A DNA stretch of 64,000 bases from Azolla caroliniana (taxonomy: Eukaryota > Plantae > Polypodiophyta): assembly GCA_043228905.1 (NCBI GenBank), contig JBHGNT010000004.1:8308001-8372000 (forward strand). Direction: 5' to 3'. Positions within the stretch are counted from its first letter, which is position 1. The number at the start of each line of letters is the position of its first letter. Position numbers and translations under genes: made by a program. Below, one piece after another: positions 1-10,659 of this stretch. Below the pieces are notes generated by a model. The model saw only the letters and a program-made list of their open reading frames with translations, was not told where the DNA came from and made no database searches.

Positions 1-2618
1 TCTACTTGATTCGTGAGATCTTCCCGAGCTAATACCAAGTATTTCTTTTGTCCGATCCTGGTCGGCATGGCCACTATGTCGACCATCCACTTGAAGTTGA
101 TTGTCGGTGAGAATGTCGGATGTAACTCATCTCGATGTCGAACCCCGGAGTAGACTTGACATTTCTCGCAGCTTTCGGTAAACTCCGCGATATCTTTGTA
201 CATTTTCTTCCACCAATATTTTTGCTTGATCTTCACAAATGTTGCCCATGTTCCTCGGTGTCCAGCCCAATCGGATTCGTGAAACTCGGACATTATCCGG
301 TTTCGTTGCTCTTTTGTCCCGACTACTCGAAGTGGTATACCATCCGGTCTTTTCGGCGCCCTCCATATTAATCCGTTTTCCAAGAAGAACTTTTGGACTT
401 GCCTCTTCTTCCTTCGGATCTCGGCTCTTCTTCCTTTATCGTTTGTCGAGTCCTCGGCCTCTTGTAACATCTTTCCGATCATCAAGCTTTCTCCCTCGTA
501 TTCTTCTTCCCGGAATTCTCGGATTACATTTACTCGGCATATGTGCTCCGACGCGAAGTAGTCTTCGGAAACTTCTTCATTATCCGATTCGGTTATGTCG
601 TCTCCGAACCGAGCCCTTGATAACATATCCGCTACCGCGTTGTCCTTCCCCGAGATGTGTCGAACCTCCGGATTAAGCGGCTTGACATATGCAACCCACC
701 TTAGCATAGCTACATCCGGTATCGTACAACACCGCATCATCCCGAGTATCGGAAGACAATCCATCTCGATCACCACTTTGGCTCCGATCAAATAATCCCG
801 ATCCGATTTTATCGCCGACACGACTCCCCACAGTTCTCTTTTGACTTGTGCATATCCACGTTGCCTTTCGTTGAGAACCTTTGCTCCGAATCGGATCGGA
901 TACCGCGAACCATCCCAGTCGGCTTGATTGATGACCCACCCGATACCGGTTGGACTTGTATCAACCGTTACTATGATCGGTCGGTCGTAGCTCGGCTTCT
1001 TAAGTGCTTCCGCCCTCCGAAGTGTCTTCTTCAATTTCTTCATGGCTTTGGTGTGTTCCAGTTTCCATTCGAATTTCTTACCTTTCCGCAACAAGTGGTA
1101 GAGCGGGTCCGCTATATGTGCATAGTGCGGAATCCATATGTGATAGAATGCACATGCACCGAGAAACCTTCGGACTTCGGATGTTGACTCGCATACTTCC
1201 TCCATAGCTTGAATCGCATCGATCTTTGTTGGTGACGGTCTTCGGCCGTAGGGCCCACATAGATGTCCGACCACCAATATTTCTTCTTGCCCGAATGCCG
1301 ATTTCTCCCCGGAAAGTGTTAGGTGCACATCTTCTAGCTTTCACAACACTTTCTCGCAAGCATGAATATGGTCGACCACGAACTTTCGGCATCCCCGATC
1401 ATCCATAGTCTCATCTTTTTCTTCGACCGCGCATCCTTTCATCGGAATGTCATCGAGGAACGGCATCGTTATCTCCGGAATGCAGTCTCGAAGCACCTTG
1501 TTCATCGCGTTCATCATATGAGCAACCGAGTTTGTCGCTCCTTGTGGTAGTGTGCACATTCGGACTAATCCTATCGGTGTTCGCATGGTTGTGATGTCTC
1601 GGCTCTCCACGGCTAGTTGGAATTGGTCATACCCCGAGTATAGGTCTCCGATGGAGTATATCGCACGACCGGCAAAAGCTTCCGCAAATTCGTCCACTAT
1701 CGGACCGACTCCCGAGTTCCGGATCGTGACCTTATTCACCGGTTGCAAGTCTTGGATAAATCGGAGTGACCCATTCTTCTTCGGAACCGTAAACCATCGA
1801 TTTGAGTACGGAGCAGTTGATGGCTCTAGAATCCCCATCGCCACCTTCTCCTTGAGCAAGTCAATGACTTTCGGAATATGCGCTCATGGCACCGGAATCG
1901 GCTTCAGATTCCACGGTACATGGTCAATCGTAAAGATCACCATCGGCTCCACTATTCTCGGATCGACGCACCCTATCTCCCTTGATGTAAATGCAAACGC
2001 TTTGCTGTGTTGCTCCAACATCTCGCGAAACCGTTCTTCTTCTTTCTGTAATAGGAACCCACCTCCACCGATCCGAAGTTTCTTCCAGGTCTCATCCGTG
2101 AAGGCATGTCCGATATCCACGGTCTTCCGAAGTGTCGGATCTCCCGAGACTTCTTTCCTCTTTTGTTCGCTATCGGCGGGTAGTGGTCCCGCGGCCGGTT
2201 TTACCTTCTTCTCCACGGTCTTGTATTTCGTACTTACCATTGCTTCTTCTTTGCGGAGCGTATCCGGCTCCATTTTCGCAATGATCTCGTACATCTCGAC
2301 CGATTCCACCGGGACTACCCGGTTCCCTTGGCTTTTATCTTCCGCAAGCTCTTCAAGTCGTTGTAGCGTGCTCCCATAGAACACTTCCTCGACTATCCCC
2401 ACGATTTCTTCATCTTCTTTTATTATTGATGCCGACCGCAACTTATCCTCCACTTGTCGGTATCCTTTCTTCAATCCTCCGGTTACGGTCGTGTACGTAG
2501 ATGCCCCATCCGGACCGATTCGTACATGTTTTGCTCCGAGAGTTTTCTTCCTGTGTGGGGTATCAGGGCTTCTCGGACTATCACTTCCCCACTCCGCAAC
2601 AGTCCGCTTTAAAAATCC
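1..2618 (-). pseudogene. Gypsy A pol (RT-RNase H-integrase) in the -1 frame relative to gag-pro; several stops/frameshifts
   Basis: ORF pieces 1884-2711 and 1341-1859 share a frame, separated by TGA; RT motifs present; the remainder aligns with the Gypsy B RNase H/integrase region. Confidence 0.85.
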
Positions 2619-4672
2619 ATTCTCACTTGGGACAAGAGTTCCCTCTTGTTCCTTTCGTGATTTGCCGGCACCGTTAGGAATTGGACGGATTTCCCACCGT
2701 TTTGGCTCCAAATTCGCGCAAAAGCCGCACCGCTATCGAGCACCTTCGTCTCCATCCGTGATGCCGTGATAAAGGGTTGGCCGAGGATGACGGAATGTGA
2801 AACCTCATCTTGCACGAAGAGATTTTGGTCAATCTCGACATCCCCGATCTTCACCGTCACATTCGGACAAGCCGCAAATAGATCTTCCATTGCTTTGGTG
2901 GCCGCCCGAATCTTCCATCCATGGTTGGTGTTAATAGGCCACTTCCCCTTCCGGTAGAACTCCTTGGACATCAAGTTGATCTCCGATCCGTGATCAATCA
3001 ATGCTAGCACGGTTTCTTTGATGTTGCCGATTCGGACCGGAGTTTCCGTAGTCGCGCGTGCCCAATGTGGCCTTGTATAGTGGGAGTTCGGAATTTCGTC
3101 CTCCACTTCGGTGTCGTTCATTAAAACGGTGTTCGCATTCACCCTTGGAGCATTTTCCTCCGTACTTTGTCTTTTTCGCTTCACGAGATCTACGAGAAGA
3201 TCGTGGAACTCCTTCTTTGCTATTCTGAGTAGCTCCCGAAGCGAGAAATCTACCCGGCTATCCAAGATTCTTTCCTCGAACACTCTTTTCAAGTCGGTTT
3301 GTTGTTCTATGTCCGAGGCGAGCTTGAATGCCGGAGTCGCCTTTTCTTTTCCCTTACCTCCGGAGTTCCAACTTTCCGGTACCTTCGATGGCCCGGCCGC
3401 ATCCTCCGTGCGTCGTCGTTTCTCGTCCACATACACCTTATGCAATTGACACAGGGCGTATACGCTATTCTTGTCGACAGGGCACTCCCATCCCGTAGCT
3501 TCCCGGACGCCTTCCGCGGTGCTTCGGATCTCGTTAGAGTCGGTTTTCTCGGTGTTTTCTAGAACTTCCGGCCAAAAAGACGTCTTTGCTCTCGATGACT
3601 CCCCGACACATATTCCCGCGGTTGTCGCAAAGTTGCTTCTTGCCGCCAATTCCTCCTCGAGCACCTTCTTCATGCCGCCTTTCCGGAAGTTCGGTCGGAG
3701 TGGCTTCCGAGAGTCCATCGAATGAATCCGGTTTCCCTCGTAGTAGATGAGATCCCGCCGTAGCGCCTCCTTATGCTCGTCGCAATCCATCCGATCGTGT
3801 TCGGCGCTATCGCACCATATGCACCGTCGGTCCGTATACTTGGAGCTTGTGGGGCGGTCATCCGACTTCTTCACCATCGCGATCTTCAGATTCTCCATCT
3901 CCTTCAATAGTTGCTCCACCGTAGATGCATCAATTCCCTTCTCGTTTGTAGTCTCCCGAGCCCTTGGTTGATGGTCTTCCAATCCGGTTCTCGGTTTCGG
4001 AATCGGTTCTGAAACCCTCTTTTCCTCGTTGGCAAGCCATTGCCCCCTCTTCGTGTATCGCGCGACGATATCCCGCACGCTTTCCCATGTTTCGGTGAGG
4101 CCGCTCTCCGTGGTCGTGTCCTCCAAGAGCACTCCGAGATCTTTCCAGTCCCGGACGTCCACGACTCGCAAGAACATGATTACCTTGTCCGGTACGAGGA
4201 TAGCTTGATCTCTCGCGGACAACCTCCCGAACCGGCTTTCGAATGCCGAAAACACATCAACGACCTTCAATCCCTTGTCCGGCGTCTCCACCCAATCTTC
4301 GAACCCCCTTCGCGTCGCCTTGGAGGAATCCTCGATGGCGAACGTCCTCTTTAGCTCTTCTTCAAACGCCTCCCATGTCGGATTTTGTTGTCGTAGCCCA
4401 TGGATGCTTGCTTGAAGCCCGTCGGTCGCCACCCGGTTGAAGGACGTCACTTGCAGTCCTTCCGATATTCCGCACCATAGCATCTCCGCCTTGTAGTCCC
4501 GAAGATACCGCGACACGTCTTTCCCGTTGAATTGTCTGTTTCGTTGCACGAGCCGCTCCACTGATGCCGCTATCTCCGACATCGCGCGTTGTTCTTGTAG
4601 CATGCGCTCGGACATCATCATCATGTTGCTAGCCTCCGGTTGATTTTCCATCTCCAACTGTGTCGTGTTCAC
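2609..4672 (-). CDS. Gypsy A Gag-protease ORF (~680 aa; true start probably an ATG near 4651-4615)
   Basis: Uninterrupted ORF with zinc knuckle, DUF4100-like region (FSLRELL) and aspartic protease motif LIDHGSEINLM. Confidence 0.88.
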   Translation of the reverse strand: MNTTQLEMENQPEASNMMMMSERMLQEQRAMSEIAASVERLVQRNRQFNGKDVSRYLRDYKAEMLWCGISEGLQVTSFNRVATDGLQASIHGLRQQNPTWEAFEEELKRTFAIEDSSKATRRGFEDWVETPDKGLKVVDVFSAFESRFGRLSARDQAILVPDKVIMFLRVVDVRDWKDLGVLLEDTTTESGLTETWESVRDIVARYTKRGQWLANEEKRVSEPIPKPRTGLEDHQPRARETTNEKGIDASTVEQLLKEMENLKIAMVKKSDDRPTSSKYTDRRCIWCDSAEHDRMDCDEHKEALRRDLIYYEGNRIHSMDSRKPLRPNFRKGGMKKVLEEELAARSNFATTAGICVGESSRAKTSFWPEVLENTEKTDSNEIRSTAEGVREATGWECPVDKNSVYALCQLHKVYVDEKRRRTEDAAGPSKVPESWNSGGKGKEKATPAFKLASDIEQQTDLKRVFEERILDSRVDFSLRELLRIAKKEFHDLLVDLVKRKRQSTEENAPRVNANTVLMNDTEVEDEIPNSHYTRPHWARATTETPVRIGNIKETVLALIDHGSEINLMSKEFYRKGKWPINTNHGWKIRAATKAMEDLFAACPNVTVKIGDVEIDQNLFVQDEVSHSVILGQPFITASRMETKVLDSGAAFARIWSQNGGKSVQFLTVPANHERNKRELLSQVRMDF

Positions 4673-4685
4673 GTCGGGTTCACCA
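4668..4685 (-). promoter_or_regulatory. Primer-binding site complementary to the tRNA-Trp 3' end
   Basis: + strand TTCACGTCGGGTTCACCA matches the 3' 18 nt of plant cytosolic tRNA-Trp as I recall it; 4 nt from the LTR edge. Confidence 0.8.
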
Positions 4686-4689
4686 ACTG

Positions 4690-5390
4690 TGTCGTGCCTT
4701 TCGGCTCCGGATCGTTGCGTGAGTCAGGTGGGAACCGCCGAGGTTTTGGACTAGGAGGAAGAGGAATACAACTTAAGGCTAGTTATGAATAGCGGAAAGA
4801 GAAGTAAGATAGCAATCTCGTGAATCCCACGAGTTTAGTGTAATTAAAACAATATTTAGATTATAAGAGCAATTAGATGGCAAAATTCGTGAATCCCACG
4901 AATATATTAGATTGATCAATTCTTCTATATTAATCAACAACCATATACATATTTTTCTCCTCATATAAAGATGGAAGAGTCTAAGCATGGCTTCATGCTT
5001 TTTCACCTAAAGTGCCCATGCACACTAAATGTGCATGTGATGTTTTGTCATTTCCTAAATATAGGGCTCGTGCACGCTAGATGTGCATGAGTCACTTTTA
5101 ATGTCACGTGTAAATAAAATATTCACACTCTAAAGAATACATGATTTTTACCTTTTAATAAAGGTATGTGTAAATAAAGGTCTTATACGTATTAAATCTA
5201 TATTTATAACACTAAAGATAAGTTATTACAATGGTAAATTTGGGGTTTATCTACGTGGAGGTGCATGGTTCGAATCCTGCCCTATGCACGTGATAAATTC
5301 TTTTGATATATTATTTATTTATTTATATGTATATAAATTCGGATATATTATTTTATGGTTTTCACGTAGTGTGCGGAATACACTACGACA
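4690..5390 (-). repeat. Gypsy A 5' LTR
   Basis: TGTCGT...ACGACA termini; homologous to LTR 25831-26722. Confidence 0.9.
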
Positions 5391-8300
5391 ACGTAAAGGA
5401 TGCAAAGACACCGAAGGAGGCCTAGGAGAATCTACGGAAGATTTTCGCCACGAGTACCATAGCCTATTAGTTGCAGCTCCGACAAGAGCTGAACAACCTC
5501 CAACAAAGAGACATGTTGGTTACGGATTACACCACCAAGATAAAGGAGATTTGTGACGTGCCTCGGGTTCATCAACGTGACGGTGGACGAAGACGAGATG
5601 GTGCAAATCTGCCTTGGTGTTCTAGCCCAAAGGTACGGGCCAATCAGGACATCGATCTGCACCCGGGAGAAGCCACCATCTTTTTTCGACTTGCAATCAA
5701 TGCTGATGGTCGAAGAAAACCATGCGAGTGGGTTGAGGAAAACTCAATCGGACGACCAGATGTTGTACACGGAGATAGATCGGCCCCATGGACGTGGTGG
5801 ATGAGCTGGGTCGGTACGCAATGGAGGGGGCCGGCAAGAGCAGGACCGGAGGCACAAAGCTAGTGCTGACAGCAGTTCCGGACCCTCCACAAGCAGGGGG
5901 AATCAAAGCGGCGCCGAAAGCCGACATGGAATGTTGGTACTGTGGCAAAAAGGGCCACAGGGAAAACGAGTGCTAGAAGAAGCGCGCCGATTCAGCCAAA
6001 TCCAGACCTGGCAAGGCCGGTCGGCAAAACCAGCAAAGCTCGCACTAGGCAGAAGGATCGGAAGGATCCAGAACTGGGAAGACCGGTAAAGGGCTAGCCT
6101 TCGTGATGAAGCATAAGGTAACTCGATGAAGAAGACTACTTCCGGATCGGAGGAATTATGGTATGTTGATTCCGGAGCATCCAACCACATGACGAGCCAT
6201 GAAGAGAGGTTCTCGTTTTTGGAGAAACCGGAACAACTGGGAATCATCGAAACCGGAAACGACACCCCTCACCCGATTATGCATGTCGGAGAAGTCCCTT
6301 TGAGCCATGTCGTACAAAAGGGGAAGCTAATGAACATACTACACGTTTCGACTATCACAAAGAACCTAGTGTCGGTTGGACAAATCATCGACCAGGGGAT
6401 GCAGGTACAGTTTACGCACCTCGGGTGCTTCATCGAGGAAGAAGGCCGGCTAATCACGCAAGCGCGTAGAGAAGGGAGGATGTTCATCCTCAACACTAAT
6501 GTCGTCGGCACCGCCATGTTTGCCAAAGAACAGAAGATTGAATCAGACATCGATCTCTGGCATAAGCGGATCACCACGTCAACTACCGGAGGCTTGAGGA
6601 CCTGCAATCGAAACAATTTTTTTTTGGTTTGCCCAAATTTAGTGGCCGAAAGGCCGAAATTTGTGAAGCCTGCCAACTCGGTAAGCAATACCAATTTCCA
6701 TTCCCCACTGAACGAAACCGAAGCCATAACAAGCTTGACCTAATCCATTCGGATGTATGGGGACCAACACAAAATGTTAGTCTTGGCGGGAGTTGATACT
6801 TCGTCTCCTTCATCGACGACTACAATCGGGACATGTGGATCTACCTCATCGATTGGAAGAACGAAGTCTTTGAATGTTTCCGGAACTTGCAAAGCGTAGT
6901 TGAACAAGAAAATGGAGAGGAAGGTCAAGTGCTTGCGGTCAGATGGTGGAAAAGAATTCTGACCAATTCAACAATTATTTGCAGTTATCTGCAGCAGAAT
7001 GGAATTAAGAGAGAATTCAACTGTAGAAACACACCGGAGCAAAACAGTGTGGCTGAAAGGAAGAACCGGTCGATTGTCGACGTGGACAGGGCAATGCTAA
7101 ATCAGAAGAGCATGCCCCAATTCTACTTGGGTGAGGCAGTCCGGACGACCGTGTAGATCCAAAACCGGATCGGAGACAAGGTGTCAGCACATGAGCTGTA
7201 TTTCGGGCAAAAGCCGAATTTGAGACACCTTCAGATATTCGGTAGCATAGCATGTGTGCATGTACCGGATGAGAAGCGAAAGAAGCTAGATCCAAAGTCG
7301 GAGAAGTGCACCCTAGTCTGCTACTCACATGAGCAAAAGGGGTATAAGTGTTACCGGACTAAGCAGGTCTGACTAAGCTGAGATGTCGAGTTTGATGAGA
7401 CGGCATCATGATACTCTCTACCGACTCCAAGTCCCGACGAAGACCCGATTCCGGAAGATGAGGCTAGTGAGGCCAAGGAGGTCCAGGAAGAAGATGAAGA
7501 ACTCGGCACTCTAGAAGAGAGTCTGATCTCATTCTGGTTAAGTGGACCGAATGAGTGGCTGAGTCAGGATGACCAATTGGATGAGGAACCAGTGAGTAGT
7601 GAAGACTCTACCATGCTCTCCCCGCGCAAGGAACCGAGGAGACGGTTCACATGCAAAGAGAAGGGGAAGAAGAAGATGCCGAATACGAAACCGGCAACGT
7701 TGAGTCGGATTGGAGCAAATCCGACTCCGGAAAGGATGAAGGCGGATCTTCGAGAAGGACATCCGAACCGGCCAAGAAGGGCCCCAAACCGGGTGATGAC
7801 AAGTTATGTCGGTCTTCCCGCCAAAAGAACCCCGTTATGTGGTACGAGTACAATGAGTACATGGCGTATCACTATGTGTACATGACCAAAGTGGCGGAAG
7901 TGTGAGCCGGAGAGCTAGGCAGAAGTGGCAAAGGACGCAAATTGGTGTGCCACTATGGAGGAAGAAATGTTGGCACTCGATCCCAACGACACATGGGACC
8001 TCGTTGACCCTCCCCGATATTGTAATCCAATCGGTTGCAAATGGGTGTACAAGGTAAAGCACAATGCCGACGGTTCGGTTAACCAGTACAAGGCTCGGTT
8101 AGTGGCGAAGGGATGCGCACAGACCCACGAAATCGACTACGACGAGACCTTCGCTCCAGTAGCGAAGATGATGACGGTTCGTGTGGTACTGGCGGTTGTT
8201 GCGGCAAGAGGGTGACATCTTCACCAGATGGACGTGAAGAATGTGTTTCTTCAAGGTGACCTTGAAGAACAGGTCTATATGATCCAACCTCCCGGTTTTC

Positions 8301-10350
8301 AGTTAGAGATGAACAAGTCGGCGGTGTGCCGGCTTAAGAAGTCGCTTTACGGTTTGAAACAAGGCCCCTGAGCTTGGAATGCGAAGATCACGCACCGGTT
8401 GTGTAAGATGGGGTTTGTGACCTCTAAATCCGACTCATCGTTGTTCATCCGGCAAGGTTTGGATGGTCCAGTTTGCATCTTACTTTATGTAGATGATTTA
8501 GTCATCACCGGACCCGGACTCAATGAAATCGGTCGTGTCAAGGCCCAGTTGTCGGACGCATTTGAGATGAAGGATCTGGGGGACCTTCATTATTTCCTTG
8601 GGATCGAGATGATCCGAACCCCCGACGGCATATTGCTCTCACAACGACACTATGTGTTGAATATGTTGTACAAGTTCGGCATGATGGAATGTCGACCTGT
8701 CTCCGCACCCCTGGACCGGAACTAGAAGCTCTGTCTCAACTCCAAACCGGCCTGCGATAAAAAACAGTTCTGAAAAATAGTTGGAAGGGTGATATACTTG
8801 ACAATCACCCGACCCGACATCATTTATCCGGTCGAATATTGCGGTATGTGAGCGGCACGAAGTATTGGGGACTATTATACCGGCATAGATACCGACTGGG
8901 CTGGTGATGCATCGGATCTTCGATCCACCTCCGGTTACATGTTTTCTCTAGGTAGCGCAGCTATTGCATGGAGCAGCAAAAAGCAGCCCATAGTGGCTCT
9001 GTCAAACCCTGAGGCTAAGTATCGGAGCGCTACCAATGCTACCTGTGAAGGCATCAGGCTTCGGCGATTGCCGCCGGATCGAGGTGCTGACCACGATCCT
9101 AATCTATTGCAACAACATAAGCAACATACATCTCGCCAAGAACCCTGTATTCCATGCTCAAACAAAGCACATAGAAGTGCATTATCACTTCGTGCGTTCA
9201 TACAGATTGGCACAAGGAAAAACCATGGTATGTTCATACAGATTGGCAGGTTGTCGACATCTTCACCAAGCCGCTCGGATCGGACAAGTTGCAGCACTTC
9301 ACCGAAATGCTTGGTGTTCAACATCTCGATGTGCCACACTTGAGGGGGAGAACATGAAAAGAAACTGTTGACGACACCGAACAAGGAACCAGAAAGGGAA
9401 GAACCAACAAAAGGGGAGACAAGAGGAAAAAGGAAGTCGAGCCAACGAAGGAAGTCGGCACATCCGAACAAGTCGGAACGAGCGGCAGTGGTGAAAGAGT
9501 CAAGGACATAGCCGACAGGAAGGAGAAGCCCAAGACCCGGACATGGTCTGAAGGGCCTAAAACCAGAAGACCAGTTGGAGAACACCGACTTGGACAAGAG
9601 CGGGAACGAATCGGAGACAACTGATTCGCTTCTACTATTGGATTCGGAGGAGCCGGATCAACTAAAGGCCAAGCGGACACGGACGCAGCGGAAGTCGACG
9701 CCAACACAAAGAAACCGATGGGTCAACAAGCGCCAGAGTCGCAAAAATGAGGGAGCTGAAAATGAGCCTGTTGAGCAGACAAGCCGACCGAGGAGGTCGA
9801 GGTGCGCAGAACCAGACAGAAGGGTCATGGCAAACAACACCGGACCGGACGAGGAGCGCGACCAAGGTGGAACGATGCTAGAAGGAGCCGAGTAGAAGAA
9901 CCGGTTGCCACGGACATTAACACCACGATCTGACCTCAAGTTGAGATTGATGGGGAGTGTTGAGCGAGAAAGCGCAACTGGATCCGGATCGGTATCTGGA
10001 AACAACCGGCCAGATTGGGGAGACGGATTCGAGCGGGAACCGGAAGCCTAGTAGTAGCCTAGACTACTAGGTAATCATTGTCTCGTAGTTAGTGTCAGTC
10101 GCACGTAGGAATATTTAAGTACCTGTCAGTACTTCTGTAAGTCCTTTATGGACTTGTATAAATAATGTTGTTTAGCACGTTGTATGTACAAAGTTTCAAA
10201 GTTTTATTTTTGAATCTATGTTTACGTTCTGCTCTCTCTATCTCTCACACGTATATTGTCTATGCACTAAGCTTCTCCATTAAACCTTCATCATATTCTC
10301 TATTGTTATCCGGCTAAGCCAGTTCTGTCTAACGCTTCCACACGTTAACA
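5391..10350 (+). mobile_element. Ty1/Copia element 1 (degenerate; 5' end separated by Gypsy A)
   Basis: gag, CWYCGKKGH knuckle, PR WYVDSGAS, integrase (HSDVWGP, AERKNR), RT (YKARLVAKG, LYVDD), RNase H, PPT-like GATGGGGAG, 3' LTR 9958-10350 (TG...CA). Confidence 0.93.
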
Positions 10351-10484
10351 TTCACACTTACCAAAGGTGGGATCGCTCCCGTGCATAACCGGTTTGCATG
10401 TGGTTTGTGTACACGGTTTTGTATGTTTGTTTCCTATGGAATACTAAATATGAGAAGGAAATATACAAAATCTAAAGCACTTAG

Positions 10485-10556
10485 TAGTAGCTTTAGTGGT
10501 AAGATAATTGCTTGCTATCCTAGAAGTGCAAGGTTCAAATCTTGCTTGCACCCCTT
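10485..10556 (+). repeat. Degenerate tRNA-derived/SINE-like head (A and B boxes)
   Basis: TAGCTTTAGTGGTAAG (~10488) and GGTTCAAATC (~10532) at tRNA-like spacing; no intact cloverleaf. Confidence 0.5.
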
Positions 10557-10659
10557 CTATATGCACTTGAATGTCATCAGACCCTAGGCTAATTTTCATA
10601 TTTATAATGTGTGTGGAGCCACACTATTTCACAATTTCTCCCATTGGACACAGAACATC

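Larger units (their letters stand above)
1..5390 (-). mobile_element. Ty3/Gypsy LTR retrotransposon A (non-chromovirus-like), 5' part; 3' end lies left of the window; inserted into gag of Copia-1
   Basis: Minus-strand order gag (CIWC..H...C knuckle), protease (ALIDHGSE), RT (LRFIQDLQPVN, DLYSGYDQ, LPQG, FLDD), RNase H, start of integrase. 5' LTR 4690-5390; Copia gag resumes at 5391. Confidence 0.93.

Noticed and set aside
1552-2379. Long antisense ORFs over retroelement coding regions
   Set aside because: Shadow frames with no motifs.
10485-10556. Functional tRNA gene (also 5222-5292, 15909-15975, 43334-43395)
   Set aside because: Acceptor and anticodon stems do not pair; only promoter-box remnants remain.
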